From: Coprobacillaceae bacterium
GTDB taxonomy: Bacteria; Bacillota_I; Bacilli_A; Erysipelotrichales; Coprobacillaceae
Direction: 5' to 3'
NCBI GenBank assembly: GCA_963675515.1
Contig: OY776328.1
Coordinates: 60,001 to 92,000, forward strand
Length of the DNA stretch: 32,000 bases
Shown here piece by piece: positions 1 through 10,947 of this stretch (position 1 is the stretch's first letter; each line of letters begins with the position of its first letter). A program made the translations under genes and the position numbers. Below the pieces are notes generated by a model. It worked only from the letters and a program-made list of their open reading frames with translations. It was not told where the DNA came from and did no database searches.

Positions 1-271
1 TCTCGACTCCAGGATAGATGGTCACATACTTTTCGTGGATCTCATGATTGTATTTGCGGTAATCCCGGACACACTCTTCAACAACACCCCGTTCGAAATA
101 GCGGCCAAAAGATGTCCTGAGGCTGGGACCCAAAAACGAATGGAGCTCCTCCTGGGTCAGATCATGACCGGGAAGATATTTGTTGAAAACAAATCTGAAA
201 GTTTCAAAGATCAGGCTGTCGGTGTTGATCACCGTGCCGTCAAGATCGAAAATTACTGCCAAATCCATCAT
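1..271 (-). CDS. ppaX: HAD-superfamily phosphatase, PpaX-like pyrophosphatase (first ~90 codons only; gene runs off the window start)
   Basis: Not in the ORF track. Manual minus-strand translation from ATG at 271 gives MMDLAVIFDLDGTVINTDSLIFETFRFVFNKYLPGHDLTQEELHSFLGPSLRTSF.... It carries the HAD motif I DxDGT. The start overlaps the lgt stop (ATGA). The hprK-lgt-ppaX order matches Bacillus. Confidence 0.7.
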   Translation of the reverse strand, partial: MMDLAVIFDLDGTVINTDSLIFETFRFVFNKYLPGHDLTQEELHSFLGPSLRTSFGRYFERGVVEECVRDYRKYNHEIHEKYVTIYPGVE

Positions 272-1062
272 TGCCTCCTTGTTTTATTGACTACCACATA
301 AGCCATTCCCGCAATTCCCACAATCACGAAGACAACCGATGTCAGCTGAGCCATCCGCAGTCCCAGGAAATAGAGGCTGTCGGTCCGCAATCCTTCAACG
401 AAGAAACGGATGATGCCATACCAGATGAAATAGCTGAAGAATTCCATCCCCTGATATTTTGCGGTTTTCTTGACAACAAAGAATATAACCAGGAAACCGA
501 CAATGTTCAATGCCGATTCGTACAGGAAGGTCGGATGATAATAGGTCCCGTTGATCGCCATTCCATCGATGATGAAATTTGGCAGGTGCAGGCTTTCCAG
601 GAAGCTGCGGGTCACTTCCCCCCCATGGGCCTCCTGATTGAAAAAATTGCCCCAACGTCCAAATGCCTGCGCAACCAGGACCCCTGGCATGATGGCATCT
701 CCAGCCTGCAGGAAATCAATGCCTTTTTTCTTGAAAAAATAATATGAAAAGATCAGTCCGGCGACAACCCCGCCTTGGATCGCCAGGCCACCATGGTCTA
801 TCCTGAATATTTCCACGAAATCATTTGAATATATTCCATCCCACATGAACGCGACATACCAGAGTCGGGCTCCGATTATTCCGACAGGCATCAGATAGAA
901 GACAAAGTCCGATAGGATCTCCTTATCAAAGCCCAGCTTCTTGAAATTATGCTGGGCGATCAGATAGGCCGCAACCACCCCGATCAGGATGAATACCGCA
1001 TAATACTGGATCGAGATCGGCCCTAACTGGAAGAACGTCTGCCGGTCGACAAAAAACATCAC
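268..1062 (-). CDS. lgt: prolipoprotein diacylglyceryl transferase
   Basis: 264-aa polytopic membrane protein with the Lgt signature FGRWGNFFNQEAHGG and HGGL. The start is GTG 1062 or, more likely, ATG 1059 (TGATG junction with the hprK stop). Confidence 0.9.
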   Translation of the reverse strand: MMFFVDRQTFFQLGPISIQYYAVFILIGVVAAYLIAQHNFKKLGFDKEILSDFVFYLMPVGIIGARLWYVAFMWDGIYSNDFVEIFRIDHGGLAIQGGVVAGLIFSYYFFKKKGIDFLQAGDAIMPGVLVAQAFGRWGNFFNQEAHGGEVTRSFLESLHLPNFIIDGMAINGTYYHPTFLYESALNIVGFLVIFFVVKKTAKYQGMEFFSYFIWYGIIRFFVEGLRTDSLYFLGLRMAQLTSVVFVIVGIAGMAYVVVNKTRRQ

Positions 1063-2000
1063 TCGCTACCCTTGTTGGCGTCGATGTTGGCGAGAATCCG
1101 GTTGACAAATTCTTTCGATGAATCGACACCACTTTCCTTAAGGCGCATGTTCATTACCGCCGACTCGATGATTACCGCCATTGAACGTCCCGATGATACC
1201 GGAACGATAACTCTTGGAATCTCGATATCCAGAACTTCCTCGTATGACTGGATTTCATCAAGACCGAGACGGGCATATTCCCGTGATGGCACCCAGCGAT
1301 CGAGCTGGATGATAAGGTCCACATTGTCGTCCTCGAGAATCGATCCGATCCCGAACATCTTGGAAACGTCGATTACCCCGATTCCGCGTATTTCCAGAAG
1401 CGAATACAGCACCTTTGGCGCCCGGCCGACAATCTTCTGACCGAGATTGATCAGTTCGATCGCATCATCGGCTATAAGCAGATGACCCCGCTTGATCAAC
1501 TCCAATGCGATCTCGGATTTTCCGATTCCGGATTCACCTTTGATGATTACCCCTTTACCATAGATGTTGAGAAAAACCCCATGCATCAGGGTTTCCTTGG
1601 CCAGGGCGCGATCCAGCTTGTTTGTCAGATTCATCGATACCCGACCAGTCGCATATTCCGTTACGAAGATCGGGAAATTCTTCGCAATCGCCACATCCAT
1701 CAATATCGGCGGGCAAGTATAACCCTTGCAGATGATCACGCAAGGAGTTTCATCGTGGAGCAGCTTTGGAAATATTTCCTTTTGCCGATCTACGGTCATC
1801 TCGGAAATGAACGCCATTTCCTTGGCTCCCAGAACTATAAGTCGCTTGAATTCACTATTTTTAAAATATCCGGCAAGCTCGAACCCGGGACGATTGACCT
1901 CGGGGATAACGACTTCACGGTTCAATGATTCTTCATTACCCGTGATTTGGATGTATGAATCCAAGTTCAACAAATCACGGATCTTAATTGATTTTGCCAT
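1059..2000 (-). CDS. hprK: HPr kinase/phosphorylase
   Basis: 313 aa with Walker A GESGIGKSE and the HPrK signature LEIRGIGVIDV. A GGAG Shine-Dalgarno precedes the ATG. Confidence 0.93.
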   Translation of the reverse strand: MAKSIKIRDLLNLDSYIQITGNEESLNREVVIPEVNRPGFELAGYFKNSEFKRLIVLGAKEMAFISEMTVDRQKEIFPKLLHDETPCVIICKGYTCPPILMDVAIAKNFPIFVTEYATGRVSMNLTNKLDRALAKETLMHGVFLNIYGKGVIIKGESGIGKSEIALELIKRGHLLIADDAIELINLGQKIVGRAPKVLYSLLEIRGIGVIDVSKMFGIGSILEDDNVDLIIQLDRWVPSREYARLGLDEIQSYEEVLDIEIPRVIVPVSSGRSMAVIIESAVMNMRLKESGVDSSKEFVNRILANIDANKGSE

Positions 2001-2010
2001 TTCTATCTCC

Positions 2011-4836
2011 TCATAATAATTTTTTCAGGAATGCTCCAGTATGTGATTGTTCACATTTGGCTACCTTTTCAGGTGTGCCCGAGACAACCACGGTACCTCC
2101 ATTATCGCCTCCTTCTGGTCCCAAGTCAATAATATAGTCAGCAACCTTGATGACATCGAGATTATGTTCGATGATGATAACTGTATCGCCCTGGGCTACG
2201 ATATGATCGAGAACCTCGATTAGTTTGGCCACATCGTGGCTGTGCAAGCCAGTTGTCGGTTCATCCAGGATATAGACGGTCTTTCCGGTGGCTTTCTTCT
2301 GGAGTTCGGATGCGAGTTTGACCCGCTGCGCCTCCCCACCCGAAAGGGTTGTCGCCGACTGACCAAGTTTGATATAGCCAAGACCCACATCATAGAGAGC
2401 CTGAAGCTTGCTTTTTATTCTTGGGATGTTTTCGAAGAATTCAAGCGAATCCTCAATCGTCATCTCCAATACGTCAAAAATATTTTTATCTTTATACGTG
2501 ACTTGCAACGTTTCGTCATTATATCTTTTGCCATGGCATTCGTTGCATGGAACATATACATCCGGCAAAAAGTGCATCGAGATTTTCTTGACTCCGTCGC
2601 CCTGGCAAGCCTCGCAGCGGCCACCTTTTACATTGAACGAGAACCGCCCCTTGTCATAGCCACGGATCTTCGCTTCATTCGTCGAGGCGAACAAGTCCCG
2701 GATAAGATCGAAGACTCCGGTATAAGTCACCGGATTAGACCTCGGGGTTCGTCCGATCGGATCCTGGGAAACTTCAATTACCTTGTCGACGTGTTCAAGC
2801 CCCTTGATTTCCTTGTACAAACCTGGCTTTTCCTTGGATTTGTATATCGCATTTTTCAAAACCTTGCCCAGGATGTCATTTACCAACGTCGATTTTCCCG
2901 AACCGCTGACTCCGGTCACCACATTGAAGCATCCGATCGGGAATTTTACCTTGATGTTTTTCAGGTTGTGTTCGTTTGCCCCGATTATTTCCAGATATTT
3001 CTTTTGCGGTTTCCGGCGTTTTTGGGGCACCGGAACACTCAGTTGTCCGGTAAGGTACTTTCCGGTAATGGACTCCTCGCATTCGCCGATTTTATCCGGT
3101 GTCCCTGAGTAGATGACTTCGCCTCCGTGAACCCCTGCGCCAGGACCGATATCGACGATATAATCGCTCGCTCGCATCGTGTCCTCGTCGTGTTCCACCA
3201 CAATCACGCTGTTGCCCAAATCCCTGATATCCAGCAAAGCCTGAATCAGTCTTTCATTGTCCCTTTGGTGCAGTCCGATTGAAGGCTCGTCGAGTACGTA
3301 CAGCACTCCCGACAGCCGGGTTCCGATCTGGGTTGCCAGACGGATCCGTTGGGCTTCGCCACCCGAGAGCGTACCTGCCTTGCGGGCCAGATCAAGATAT
3401 CCAAGGCCGACCTGAGCCAGAAAGGTCAGGCGGTCTTTTATCTCTTTGACAACAAGCCGGGCGATATTGCGCTGGTATTCATCGAGCTGCAGATTTGTGA
3501 TGAATTCGAGGGCATCGACAATTGACAGGTGGGTGAACTGGGCGATATTGATGCCCCCCACCTTGACCGCCAGCACTTTTTCATTGAGCCGGTCCCCGCC
3601 ACAGCTAAGACACGTATGTTCACTCATAAATGATGCATACCACTCCTTAGACCACGAAGATGTGGTTTCCTGGTACAGCCTGGCAATCGATGATTTGACC
3701 CCTTCGATTGCCTTGAACTGGTCGGTCCTTGTTCCACTCGCTGAGATCAATGTGTATTTGATTGGCACATGGGAACCATAGAAGATGATGTTCAGTTCCT
3801 TCTTGGTGAAATTCTTGAGCGGCTTGTCGCAATCTATCTGGTAGTAATCGCACAATGCCAGAAACCTCTGCCATTCCAGCCGGCTTGTTCCGACCGCCGA
3901 CTTGAAGTACCTGATTCCTCCCTGGTTGATCGACAGATCCCAATCGGGAATGAGAAGGTCGTCATCGACCTCGTTCTTGATTCCCAATCCCCGGCAGTCC
4001 GGGCAGGCACCAAGAGGGTTGTTGAAAGAAAACAGGCGAGGTTCAAGTTTTGGAACCGAGAAGCCGCAAATCGGACATGACAAATGCTCGGAGAAAAGCT
4101 GCTGCTCCCCGCTGTCAAGATTAACTACTATCACTTCGCCGCCAGTCAGTTTCAGCCCCACTTCGAGCGAGTCAACCAGCCGGCTGCGGTAATTTTCCTT
4201 CTTGACGATCCGGTCGACTATGACCTCGATATTGTGTTTCTTGTTTTTCTCCAGGGCCGAAACTTCTTCAAGAAGCATGTTTTCACCATCGACCCTGATC
4301 CGCACGAATCCCTGGGAAAGGAGGTCGTCAAAAAGTTCCTTGAATGTCCCTTTCTGGTTCTTGGCCACGCTGGCCAGAATCTGGAGCTTGGTCCCGTCCG
4401 GGTATCCGTCGATGGTATCGGCCATCTGCTTGGTCGTCTGGGCCATGATGGGAATGTTGTGTTCCGGGCAATAGGCGATACCGATGCGGCCAAAAAGCAG
4501 CCTCAGGTAATCATATATTTCCGTCACCGTCCCCACTGTCGAGCGGGGATTGTTCGATGTCGTTTTCTGGTCGATGGCAATCGCCGGAGATAGGCCGTCG
4601 ATACTGTCAACATCCGGCTTTTCCATGTTCCCAAGAAACTGGCGCGCATAGGCGCTCAGCGATTCGACATAACGTCTTTGCCCTTCGGCATAGATCGTGT
4701 CGAACGCCAATGACGATTTGCCCGAGCCCGACAATCCCGTCAAAATTACCAGTTTGTCCTTTGGGATGGTCAGATCGATATTCTTCAGGTTGTTTTCACG
4801 GGCACCTTTAATTACTAAAAAATCTTTATTTGCCAT
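2011..4836 (-). CDS. uvrA: excinuclease ABC subunit A
   Basis: 941 aa with two ABC modules (GLSGSGKSS, GVSGSGKST; LSGGEAQR twice) and CxxC zinc modules. Confidence 0.97.
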   Translation of the reverse strand: MANKDFLVIKGARENNLKNIDLTIPKDKLVILTGLSGSGKSSLAFDTIYAEGQRRYVESLSAYARQFLGNMEKPDVDSIDGLSPAIAIDQKTTSNNPRSTVGTVTEIYDYLRLLFGRIGIAYCPEHNIPIMAQTTKQMADTIDGYPDGTKLQILASVAKNQKGTFKELFDDLLSQGFVRIRVDGENMLLEEVSALEKNKKHNIEVIVDRIVKKENYRSRLVDSLEVGLKLTGGEVIVVNLDSGEQQLFSEHLSCPICGFSVPKLEPRLFSFNNPLGACPDCRGLGIKNEVDDDLLIPDWDLSINQGGIRYFKSAVGTSRLEWQRFLALCDYYQIDCDKPLKNFTKKELNIIFYGSHVPIKYTLISASGTRTDQFKAIEGVKSSIARLYQETTSSWSKEWYASFMSEHTCLSCGGDRLNEKVLAVKVGGINIAQFTHLSIVDALEFITNLQLDEYQRNIARLVVKEIKDRLTFLAQVGLGYLDLARKAGTLSGGEAQRIRLATQIGTRLSGVLYVLDEPSIGLHQRDNERLIQALLDIRDLGNSVIVVEHDEDTMRASDYIVDIGPGAGVHGGEVIYSGTPDKIGECEESITGKYLTGQLSVPVPQKRRKPQKKYLEIIGANEHNLKNIKVKFPIGCFNVVTGVSGSGKSTLVNDILGKVLKNAIYKSKEKPGLYKEIKGLEHVDKVIEVSQDPIGRTPRSNPVTYTGVFDLIRDLFASTNEAKIRGYDKGRFSFNVKGGRCEACQGDGVKKISMHFLPDVYVPCNECHGKRYNDETLQVTYKDKNIFDVLEMTIEDSLEFFENIPRIKSKLQALYDVGLGYIKLGQSATTLSGGEAQRVKLASELQKKATGKTVYILDEPTTGLHSHDVAKLIEVLDHIVAQGDTVIIIEHNLDVIKVADYIIDLGPEGGDNGGTVVVSGTPEKVAKCEQSHTGAFLKKLL

Positions 4837-6184
4837 ATTTACCTCTTACTATATCTATAATTTTATCACGAGACATGCCCCTGAGCTGGAGATCATAAGC
4901 CTCATCCAGTATTTTCCCGTAATTTTTCGGATTTTCTATTTCCCAGGCAATCAGGTCACGGCCTCTTAGATATGGTTCCAATGCCCTGGTGCCGTGCTTG
5001 GCCGCCATTTCGCTCACAAATTTGCTTACTAGCTTGTAATCCTGATAGCCCTCTTTTTTCCGGCCCAGCTTGTCGCATTTTGTCAGAAGGAACAACTCGT
5101 CAAGGCTGACTGCGGGCTCGATGTCCCTGAGAAGTCTGAGGTAGTTGTAATCCTGGTTACTTTTGCGAGCCATGTTCATCAGGGTCATGTGGTATCTTAT
5201 CATCACCTTGAGATACTTTTTCATTTCATTGCTTTTGATCAGGTCGCCCAGCTGTTCTTCAAAAACCTCGACCCCGACTTGGGCGTGAAAAGGGGCGTGG
5301 AGATCACTTGTGGTGACCACCGGTTTCCCGATATCATGAAGGAAGTTGGCCCACATGAAGTAGCTGGGATTTGCACTCTTCTGTTTGACCAGCGAAGCCA
5401 GTTCCACCACCATAATCGTATGGTTTAAAACATTTCCCTCAGGATGATAGTCGAGCCGTTGCATCGTGGCGTCCTGATCCTGCAGCGGCTTGAGCAATCC
5501 GTTGATTTCCCGTAAGAAATTTATCCCGTTGCCCGGATAAGGTCCCATAAGCATTTTGTCATATTCGTTAAAAATCCGTTCCTTCGAAAGATACTCAAGC
5601 CCATTGTCTTTTACGATATTTTCGCATTCCGTTCGGGTAGGCTCATCAGGTTTGAAATTGAACCGTGACATGAACTGGGCCAGTCGCAAGACCCGCAGAG
5701 GATCTTCCCTGAATGTTTCTTGCGAAACCATCCGTAATTTCCGTTCTCTAAGATCTCTCTGCCCGAAATACGGATCATGGATCTTGCCAGTCTTGTATTC
5801 AACATAAATCGCATTGATGGTGAAATCCCGGCGACTTGCCGCTTTTTCTATGTCGAACTGCTCCAGCAGCCTTATCTCAAACTCCTGGTGTCTCTTGCCG
5901 ATTTTTGTTTCCTGGCGTGCCAAAGCAAAATCGACTTCGGGAAAAATATCCAGCTTAAGGATGCCGTAAGCCCGTCCGACATGGGAAACTTCGCCGAACT
6001 TTTCAAGCACCGTTTTGAGCCGGTCCAAGTCAAAACAGAAGATTTCCAGATCGATGTCATTGCTTGGCCAGCTTTCCTCCATCAAATAATCGCGTACATA
6101 ACCTCCGACAAAAAAGACGCGACCGCCATTGAGCTCGATTTGATCAAGGATCTTCTCGAGCTCCTGGGGCAGATTAAATTTCAC
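4826..6184 (-). CDS. cca: class II tRNA nucleotidyltransferase (CCA-adding enzyme type) with C-terminal HD phosphohydrolase domain
   Basis: 452 aa with head-domain motifs [19 protein letters not shown] and [12 protein letters not shown], then [10 protein letters not shown] and FLHDIGK (HD). The layout resembles E. coli-type Cca. GTG start with GGAG 7 nt upstream. It overlaps the uvrB stop and the uvrA start by 11 nt each. Confidence 0.72.
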   Translation of the reverse strand: MKFNLPQELEKILDQIELNGGRVFFVGGYVRDYLMEESWPSNDIDLEIFCFDLDRLKTVLEKFGEVSHVGRAYGILKLDIFPEVDFALARQETKIGKRHQEFEIRLLEQFDIEKAASRRDFTINAIYVEYKTGKIHDPYFGQRDLRERKLRMVSQETFREDPLRVLRLAQFMSRFNFKPDEPTRTECENIVKDNGLEYLSKERIFNEYDKMLMGPYPGNGINFLREINGLLKPLQDQDATMQRLDYHPEGNVLNHTIMVVELASLVKQKSANPSYFMWANFLHDIGKPVVTTSDLHAPFHAQVGVEVFEEQLGDLIKSNEMKKYLKVMIRYHMTLMNMARKSNQDYNYLRLLRDIEPAVSLDELFLLTKCDKLGRKKEGYQDYKLVSKFVSEMAAKHGTRALEPYLRGRDLIAWEIENPKNYGKILDEAYDLQLRGMSRDKIIDIVRGKYGK

Positions 6185-8147
6185 CTTGGAGCTCCAGGAT
6201 GATATCTCTCAACTCCATCGCCCGTTCGAAGTCCAGTTCCTTGGCTGCATGGCGCATCTGTTTTTCCAGATCGGCCACCAGTACCTGGCGTTCCTTCTTG
6301 GATGCTCCCTTGGATTTCTTGAGCAGCGATGTCGCTTTGTCAATTTGTTCAAATCCATGAATCGCTTCGCGGATCTCTTTTTTGATGGTCGTCGGAGTTA
6401 TGTTGTTGGCTTTATTGTAAGCCATTTGAATCTCACGGCGCCGCTTGGTCTCATCGATGGCATATTGCATCGAGTCGGTTATCTTGTCACCGTACATTAT
6501 TACCTGGCCATTGCTGTTGCGGGCCGCCCGTCCGATGGTCTGGATCAACGAACGGTTCGAGCGCAGGAATCCTTCCTTGTCGGCATCCAGGATGCAGACA
6601 AGCGACACCTCAGGCAGGTCAAGCCCTTCGCGAAGAAGGTTGATCCCGATCAGGACGTCATATTTCCCCAGCCGCAAATCACGCAGGATCTGGGTCCGCT
6701 CAAGTGTCTTCGTATCGCTGTGCAGGTACGACACTTTAAGCCCGACTTCTTTGAGGTATGCGGCAAGATCTTCAGCCATCCGCTTGGTCAATGTCGTGAT
6801 CAGTACCCTTTCATTGCGGTCGATCCGTTCATTGATCTGGGATATGATGTCATCGATCTGGTTCTTGGTCGGCTTTATTGTGATTACCGGATCAAGCAGG
6901 CCGGTCGGACGGATGATCTGTTGGACATATTCATTGTTTACCGCCTCGAGCTCATAATCGCCCGGTGTGGCCGACACATATATCGCCTGGTTGATCAATT
7001 CTTCAAATTCCTCAAATCGCAGCGGCCGGTTGTCCATTGCGCTTGGCAGCCGGAAACCGTATTCCACAAGGGTTTCCTTGCGGGCCCGGTCGCCGTTGTA
7101 CATCCCCCGTATTTGGGGCAGCATCACATGCGACTCGTCTACTACGACAAGGAAATCATCGGGAAAATAATCCAGAAGACAATAAGGCCGCTCTCCTGGC
7201 TTACGCCGGTCGATATGGCGCGAGTAGTTTTCGATTCCCGGACAGATGCCAACTTCCTTAAGCAGTTCGATGTCATGGCGTGTTCGCTGTTCAAGACGTT
7301 CATATTCGAGCAGTTTGTTCTCTTTTTTTAGCTGTTCGAGACGATCTTCCAGTTCGTTTTCGATATCAACAGCCGCCTGATTCAATACTTCCTTGGTGGT
7401 GACATAGCCATCCGCCGGGTAGATTGTGTAAGTCTTGAAGTTGCCCAGCACGGCTCCGGTCAGCGGATCGACCTCTGATATTCTTTCCACTGTATCACCA
7501 AACAGCTCGATCCGGATCTTGTATGCGTCGCTGTGGCCCGGGGTGATTTCAATCACATCGCCCCTGACCCTGAATGTCCCTTTTGTCTGTTCGATATCGT
7601 TGCGGTGGTATTGCCGGTCGACCAGATAGGTAAGCAGTTCATTCCGGTCGATTTCCTGATCGACCCGCAATGAAAATATCATTTCTTTGTACTGCGCCGG
7701 ATTTCCCAGACCGTAAATCGAGGCCACCGAGGCAACCACGATCACATCATCCCGTTCAATCAGGGAGTTCATCGCGGCCGCCCTAAGCATTTCGATCTCG
7801 TAGTTTGTCTTCGAATTCTTGTCGATATAAAGATCTCGGCCTGGAATATAAGCTTCTGGCTGATAGAAATCGAAGTTGGAAATGAAGTATTCCACCCGGT
7901 TCTCCGGGAAGAATTCCTTAAGCTCCGAATACAATTGTCCTGCCAGGGTTTTGTTGTGGGCCAGTACAAGAGTCGGTTTTTGCACTTGGGCAATAACATT
8001 GGAAACCGTGAAGGTCTTCCCCGTTCCGGTCCCGCCAAGCAATACCTGTTCTCTTTTTCCTGATCTTATCCCTGCGACCAATTCCTTGATAGCTTCAATC
8101 TGGTCTCCCATCGGCTCGAAAGGAGAAACTAACTTAAATTCTGGCAT
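6174..8147 (-). CDS. uvrB: excinuclease ABC subunit B
   Basis: 657 aa with helicase motif [13 protein letters not shown], and a C-terminal UVR domain ([12 protein letters not shown]). Confidence 0.97.
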   Translation of the reverse strand: MPEFKLVSPFEPMGDQIEAIKELVAGIRSGKREQVLLGGTGTGKTFTVSNVIAQVQKPTLVLAHNKTLAGQLYSELKEFFPENRVEYFISNFDFYQPEAYIPGRDLYIDKNSKTNYEIEMLRAAAMNSLIERDDVIVVASVASIYGLGNPAQYKEMIFSLRVDQEIDRNELLTYLVDRQYHRNDIEQTKGTFRVRGDVIEITPGHSDAYKIRIELFGDTVERISEVDPLTGAVLGNFKTYTIYPADGYVTTKEVLNQAAVDIENELEDRLEQLKKENKLLEYERLEQRTRHDIELLKEVGICPGIENYSRHIDRRKPGERPYCLLDYFPDDFLVVVDESHVMLPQIRGMYNGDRARKETLVEYGFRLPSAMDNRPLRFEEFEELINQAIYVSATPGDYELEAVNNEYVQQIIRPTGLLDPVITIKPTKNQIDDIISQINERIDRNERVLITTLTKRMAEDLAAYLKEVGLKVSYLHSDTKTLERTQILRDLRLGKYDVLIGINLLREGLDLPEVSLVCILDADKEGFLRSNRSLIQTIGRAARNSNGQVIMYGDKITDSMQYAIDETKRRREIQMAYNKANNITPTTIKKEIREAIHGFEQIDKATSLLKKSKGASKKERQVLVADLEKQMRHAAKELDFERAMELRDIILELQGEI

Positions 8148-8155
8148 ATTGTCAC

Positions 8156-9565
8156 CTACTTTATCAATTCAATAACTTGGTTATATATATTATCATTTAT
8201 TTCCAGAGAAACATAGTTGAGCGACTTGGAAATCACGGCCAGATAGGTATCACTATCAAGACCGGTCGTAAGTTCCATGCCATTGTCCTGCTGGAACTTG
8301 TTTATCGCCATCAAGGTTTCCTGATCAAAATAGCCATCTTCGCGGCAAAGGTAACCCAGGATGTTCAATGCCGCCTGGATTGGCTGGAGCTGGTCGACAT
8401 CCACGGTATCGACATCGATGTCAGCATCAATGGCGGTATCGTTGAAAGAAAAACCATACCCGGAATCCACCGGAATCGCAGGAGCGATTCCCGACCCTTG
8501 GATATTGCTGCCATTTGGCAGATACCATTTGGCATAGGTGTACTTGAGGGTCGAACCGTCAGTCAAGGGCACCGAAACCTGGGCTATCCCCTTGCCAAAG
8601 CTGGTATTTCCAACCGTCACATATCCCAGGTTGTCAACGAGGGAACCGGTGAGAATTTCAGCGGCTGATGCCGTTTCTTCATTGATGAGAATATATCCTT
8701 TTTTGAATGTGGTAACCACATCACCATTGCTGTAATAATCTTTCAAGGGATTGTCATTTGTTTCAATAGAATAAACCAACTCCCCTTTTTCAACAAAAAG
8801 ATCAAGGATGTCGCTGCAGGCACTTATCAGTCCGCCGCCATTTGACCGGAGGTCGATCACAATTGTCGTTATGTTGTTGCTCGCAAACAGTTCCAGACCG
8901 TCTTTCACTTCCTGGGCTGTCTCATCGCCAAACGTATTGATTTCAAGATATCCAAATGACTGGTCGCCTGATTGACGAATGCTTGCGATCGAACCGGTGG
9001 CTATGTACTCCCGGGTGATCGATACATCCCGTGACACACCCAGATATTCAACCTTCAGATTGGCAACCGTTCCCTGGTCACCGGTGATCAAATCCTTCAT
9101 TTGCTGGGAATCCAGCCCTTCCAGGCTTTGTGAGTCACTGGCAACGATAATGTCCCCTGCCTTCAAATCAGTCTGGCTGGCAGGTGAATTGTTCACGACT
9201 TTGGTAATCAATGCGCCATTGTCGGTCGCTATGAAATTGACGCCGATCCCAATCAGGCTGCCATCCATCGATGCATTGAAGATGGCCGTCTGTTCCGGTG
9301 TCATGTAAGTCGTGTACTTGTCATCGAGACCGGACACGAGGCCGGCCGCAGCCGCCTGCTCGAAATCGATATCTTCATTGGGATTGAGCCAGTTTTCCTC
9401 GAGAATCTCGTATATCTCACTTATGGTGTTGACGCCATTGTTGGCTATTATCACCGGATGGGATTGGGATATGAAATAACCTGCCAAAAAGCTGATGGCA
9501 ACCAGCGCCGTTATTCCTGCTATTATCCGCCCATAACGATATTTGCGTTTGTTTGTTCGCTTCAT
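8156..9565 (-). CDS. S41 family carboxy-terminal processing protease with N-terminal membrane anchor, PDZ domain and C-terminal peptidoglycan-binding-like repeat
   Basis: 469 aa with an N-terminal TM helix ([19 protein letters not shown]), a PDZ-like segment ([25 protein letters not shown]), an S41 core ([20 protein letters not shown]) and a C-terminal PG_binding_1-like segment ([10 protein letters not shown]...[10 protein letters not shown]). Confidence 0.85.
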   Translation of the reverse strand: MKRTNKRKYRYGRIIAGITALVAISFLAGYFISQSHPVIIANNGVNTISEIYEILEENWLNPNEDIDFEQAAAAGLVSGLDDKYTTYMTPEQTAIFNASMDGSLIGIGVNFIATDNGALITKVVNNSPASQTDLKAGDIIVASDSQSLEGLDSQQMKDLITGDQGTVANLKVEYLGVSRDVSITREYIATGSIASIRQSGDQSFGYLEINTFGDETAQEVKDGLELFASNNITTIVIDLRSNGGGLISACSDILDLFVEKGELVYSIETNDNPLKDYYSNGDVVTTFKKGYILINEETASAAEILTGSLVDNLGYVTVGNTSFGKGIAQVSVPLTDGSTLKYTYAKWYLPNGSNIQGSGIAPAIPVDSGYGFSFNDTAIDADIDVDTVDVDQLQPIQAALNILGYLCREDGYFDQETLMAINKFQQDNGMELTTGLDSDTYLAVISKSLNYVSLEINDNIYNQVIELIK

Positions 9566-9659
9566 AAATTGCTCCTTATTGTACTACTTTAGTTTACCAC
9601 AAACTTTTAAAGATAAAAAATAAAACACCAAATAATCGTGGCAAATATCGACAGTACGC

Positions 9660-9685
9660 AAAAAAAGACCGGCAGCGGTCTTTTC
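9660..9685 (-). terminator. rho-independent terminator downstream of gap
   Basis: Stem AGACCG/CGGTCT (9666-9671 / 9676-9681) with loop GCAG. On the minus strand it is followed by a 7-U tract (A-run 9660-9666). Confidence 0.6.
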
Positions 9686-9704
9686 TTGTTAGCTAAATAA
9701 TGGT

Positions 9705-10718
9705 TTATGCTAATTCAGCGAAATATTTGATTGTTCTAACCATTTGGCTAGTGTATGAGTTTTCATTATCATACCATGCAACTGTTTGAACTTGGCTGTT
9801 TCCATCTTCCATAACAGTTACCATAGTTTGAGTAGCATCAAAGATTGATCCGAAAGTTGAACCAACGATGTCTGCAGAAACGATTGGGTCAGTGTTGTAA
9901 GCGTATGAAGCGTTAGCAGCAGCTTTCATTGCAGCATTTACTTCATCAACAGTTACTTTACCTTCAACAACTGAGATCAGGATTGTTGTAGATCCAGTTG
10001 GAGTTGGTACACGTTGAGCTGAACCGATTAATTTTCCATCTAATTCAGGGATAACTAATCCGATTGCTTTTGCAGCACCAGTTGAAGAAGGAACGATTGA
10101 AACAGCTCCAGCACGAGCTCTTCTTAAATCCCCACCTCTATGTGGTCCGTCTAATAACATTTGGTCACCAGTGTAAGCATGAACTGTTGTCATGATACCT
10201 GATTTGATTGGAGCTAATTTGTTTAAAGCGTTAGCCATAGGAGCTAAACAGTTAGTTGTACAAGAAGCTGCTGAGATGATTTTGTCATCTGCAGTCAAGA
10301 TACCTTCGTTTACACCGAATACAACTGTTGGTAAGTCGTTTCCAGCTGGAGCTGAGATAACAACTTTTTTAGCACCTGCATCGATATGAGCTTGAGATTT
10401 TGCTTTTGAAGTATAGAATCCAGTACATTCCAATACTACATCTACCCCTAATTCTCCCCATGGTAATTCAGCTGCGTTTGATTTAGCAAAGATTTTGATT
10501 TCTTTACCGTCAACAGTGATTGAATCTTCACCAGCAACAACTGTATCCGCTAAAGCGTATTTACCTTGAGCTGAATCATATTTCAATAAATGAGCCAACA
10601 TTTTAGGTGCTGTCAAATCGTTGATTGCTACTACTTCATAACCTTCTGCACCAAACATTTGTCTGAATGCTAGACGTCCAATACGCCCAAAACCATTAAT
10701 CGCTACTTTTACTGCCAT
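9705..10718 (-). CDS. gap: glyceraldehyde-3-phosphate dehydrogenase
   Basis: Has INGFGRIGR and the active site SCTTNC. I place the start at ATG 10718 (MAVKVAING...), preceded by AAGGAGG. The upstream 17 codons of the tracked ORF look like a spurious extension. Confidence 0.95.
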   Translation of the reverse strand: MAVKVAINGFGRIGRLAFRQMFGAEGYEVVAINDLTAPKMLAHLLKYDSAQGKYALADTVVAGEDSITVDGKEIKIFAKSNAAELPWGELGVDVVLECTGFYTSKAKSQAHIDAGAKKVVISAPAGNDLPTVVFGVNEGILTADDKIISAASCTTNCLAPMANALNKLAPIKSGIMTTVHAYTGDQMLLDGPHRGGDLRRARAGAVSIVPSSTGAAKAIGLVIPELDGKLIGSAQRVPTPTGSTTILISVVEGKVTVDEVNAAMKAAANASYAYNTDPIVSADIVGSTFGSIFDATQTMVTVMEDGNSQVQTVAWYDNENSYTSQMVRTIKYFAELA

Positions 10719-10748
10719 TAATAAATCCTCCTTATATTTTATGCCTAC

Positions 10749-10777
10749 ATTATAATGCAACACTTGCATAAAAGCAA
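10749..10777 (-). promoter_or_regulatory. sigma-A type promoter for gap
   Basis: Minus strand reads TTGCTT (10777-10772), a 17-nt spacer, then TATAAT (10754-10749). This lies ~30 nt upstream of the gap SD. The spacer contains the palindrome ATGCAAnnnTTGCAT. Confidence 0.5.
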
Positions 10778-10899
10778 CCTGTTTTAAGCTTTGTAAAGGT
10801 TTACAATGACAAATTTTACTAATTTTTTCACAAGGAATTTAGGTTTTTTACTATATCGTAAACCATATTTGGGATATCCACATGGATTGGCTGGGATTT

Positions 10900-10940
10900 A
10901 TAAAACCCCAAGATCAAAATGCCTTGATCCTGGGGTTTTA
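10900..10940 (-). terminator. rho-independent terminator downstream of rpoE
   Basis: 12-bp stem 10906-10917 / 10924-10935 (CCCCAAGATCAA / TTGATCCTGGGG, one mismatch), followed on the minus strand by UUUUAU. Confidence 0.75.
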
Positions 10941-10947
10941 CATATTC

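Noticed and set aside
35-301. 88-aa plus-strand ORF at the window start
   Set aside because: The opposite strand encodes a clear HAD/PpaX-like N-terminus (DLDGT motif) that is translationally coupled to lgt. The plus-strand ORF has no features.
2236-3108. 290-aa plus-strand ORF, and the 169-aa ORF at 4084-4593
   Set aside because: Both are antisense to uvrA, with no motifs and no SD. They are shadow ORFs.
5521-5540. TTATCCCGttgcCCGGATAA inside the cca gene, and TATCCCGA at 14343-14350 inside cls, as extra RIT boxes
   Set aside because: These are only 8-mer matches, which are expected about once by chance in this window. Both lie inside conserved coding sequence.
6186-7331. 381-aa plus-strand ORF, with 170-aa and shorter ORFs nested nearby
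   Set aside because: It lies entirely antisense to the unambiguous uvrB gene. The translation is low-complexity with no recognisable motifs. It is a typical shadow ORF.
10719-10769. N-terminal extensions of tracked ORFs: gap 10719-10769; also rpoE 11278-11313, HD gene 16190-16207, aconitase 23362-23385, GH1 25965-25991 and ritC 29767-29811
   Set aside because: In each case a downstream ATG is preceded by a strong AGGAGG/GGAGG-type SD at proper spacing and begins the conserved N-terminus. The extensions would run across the SD.
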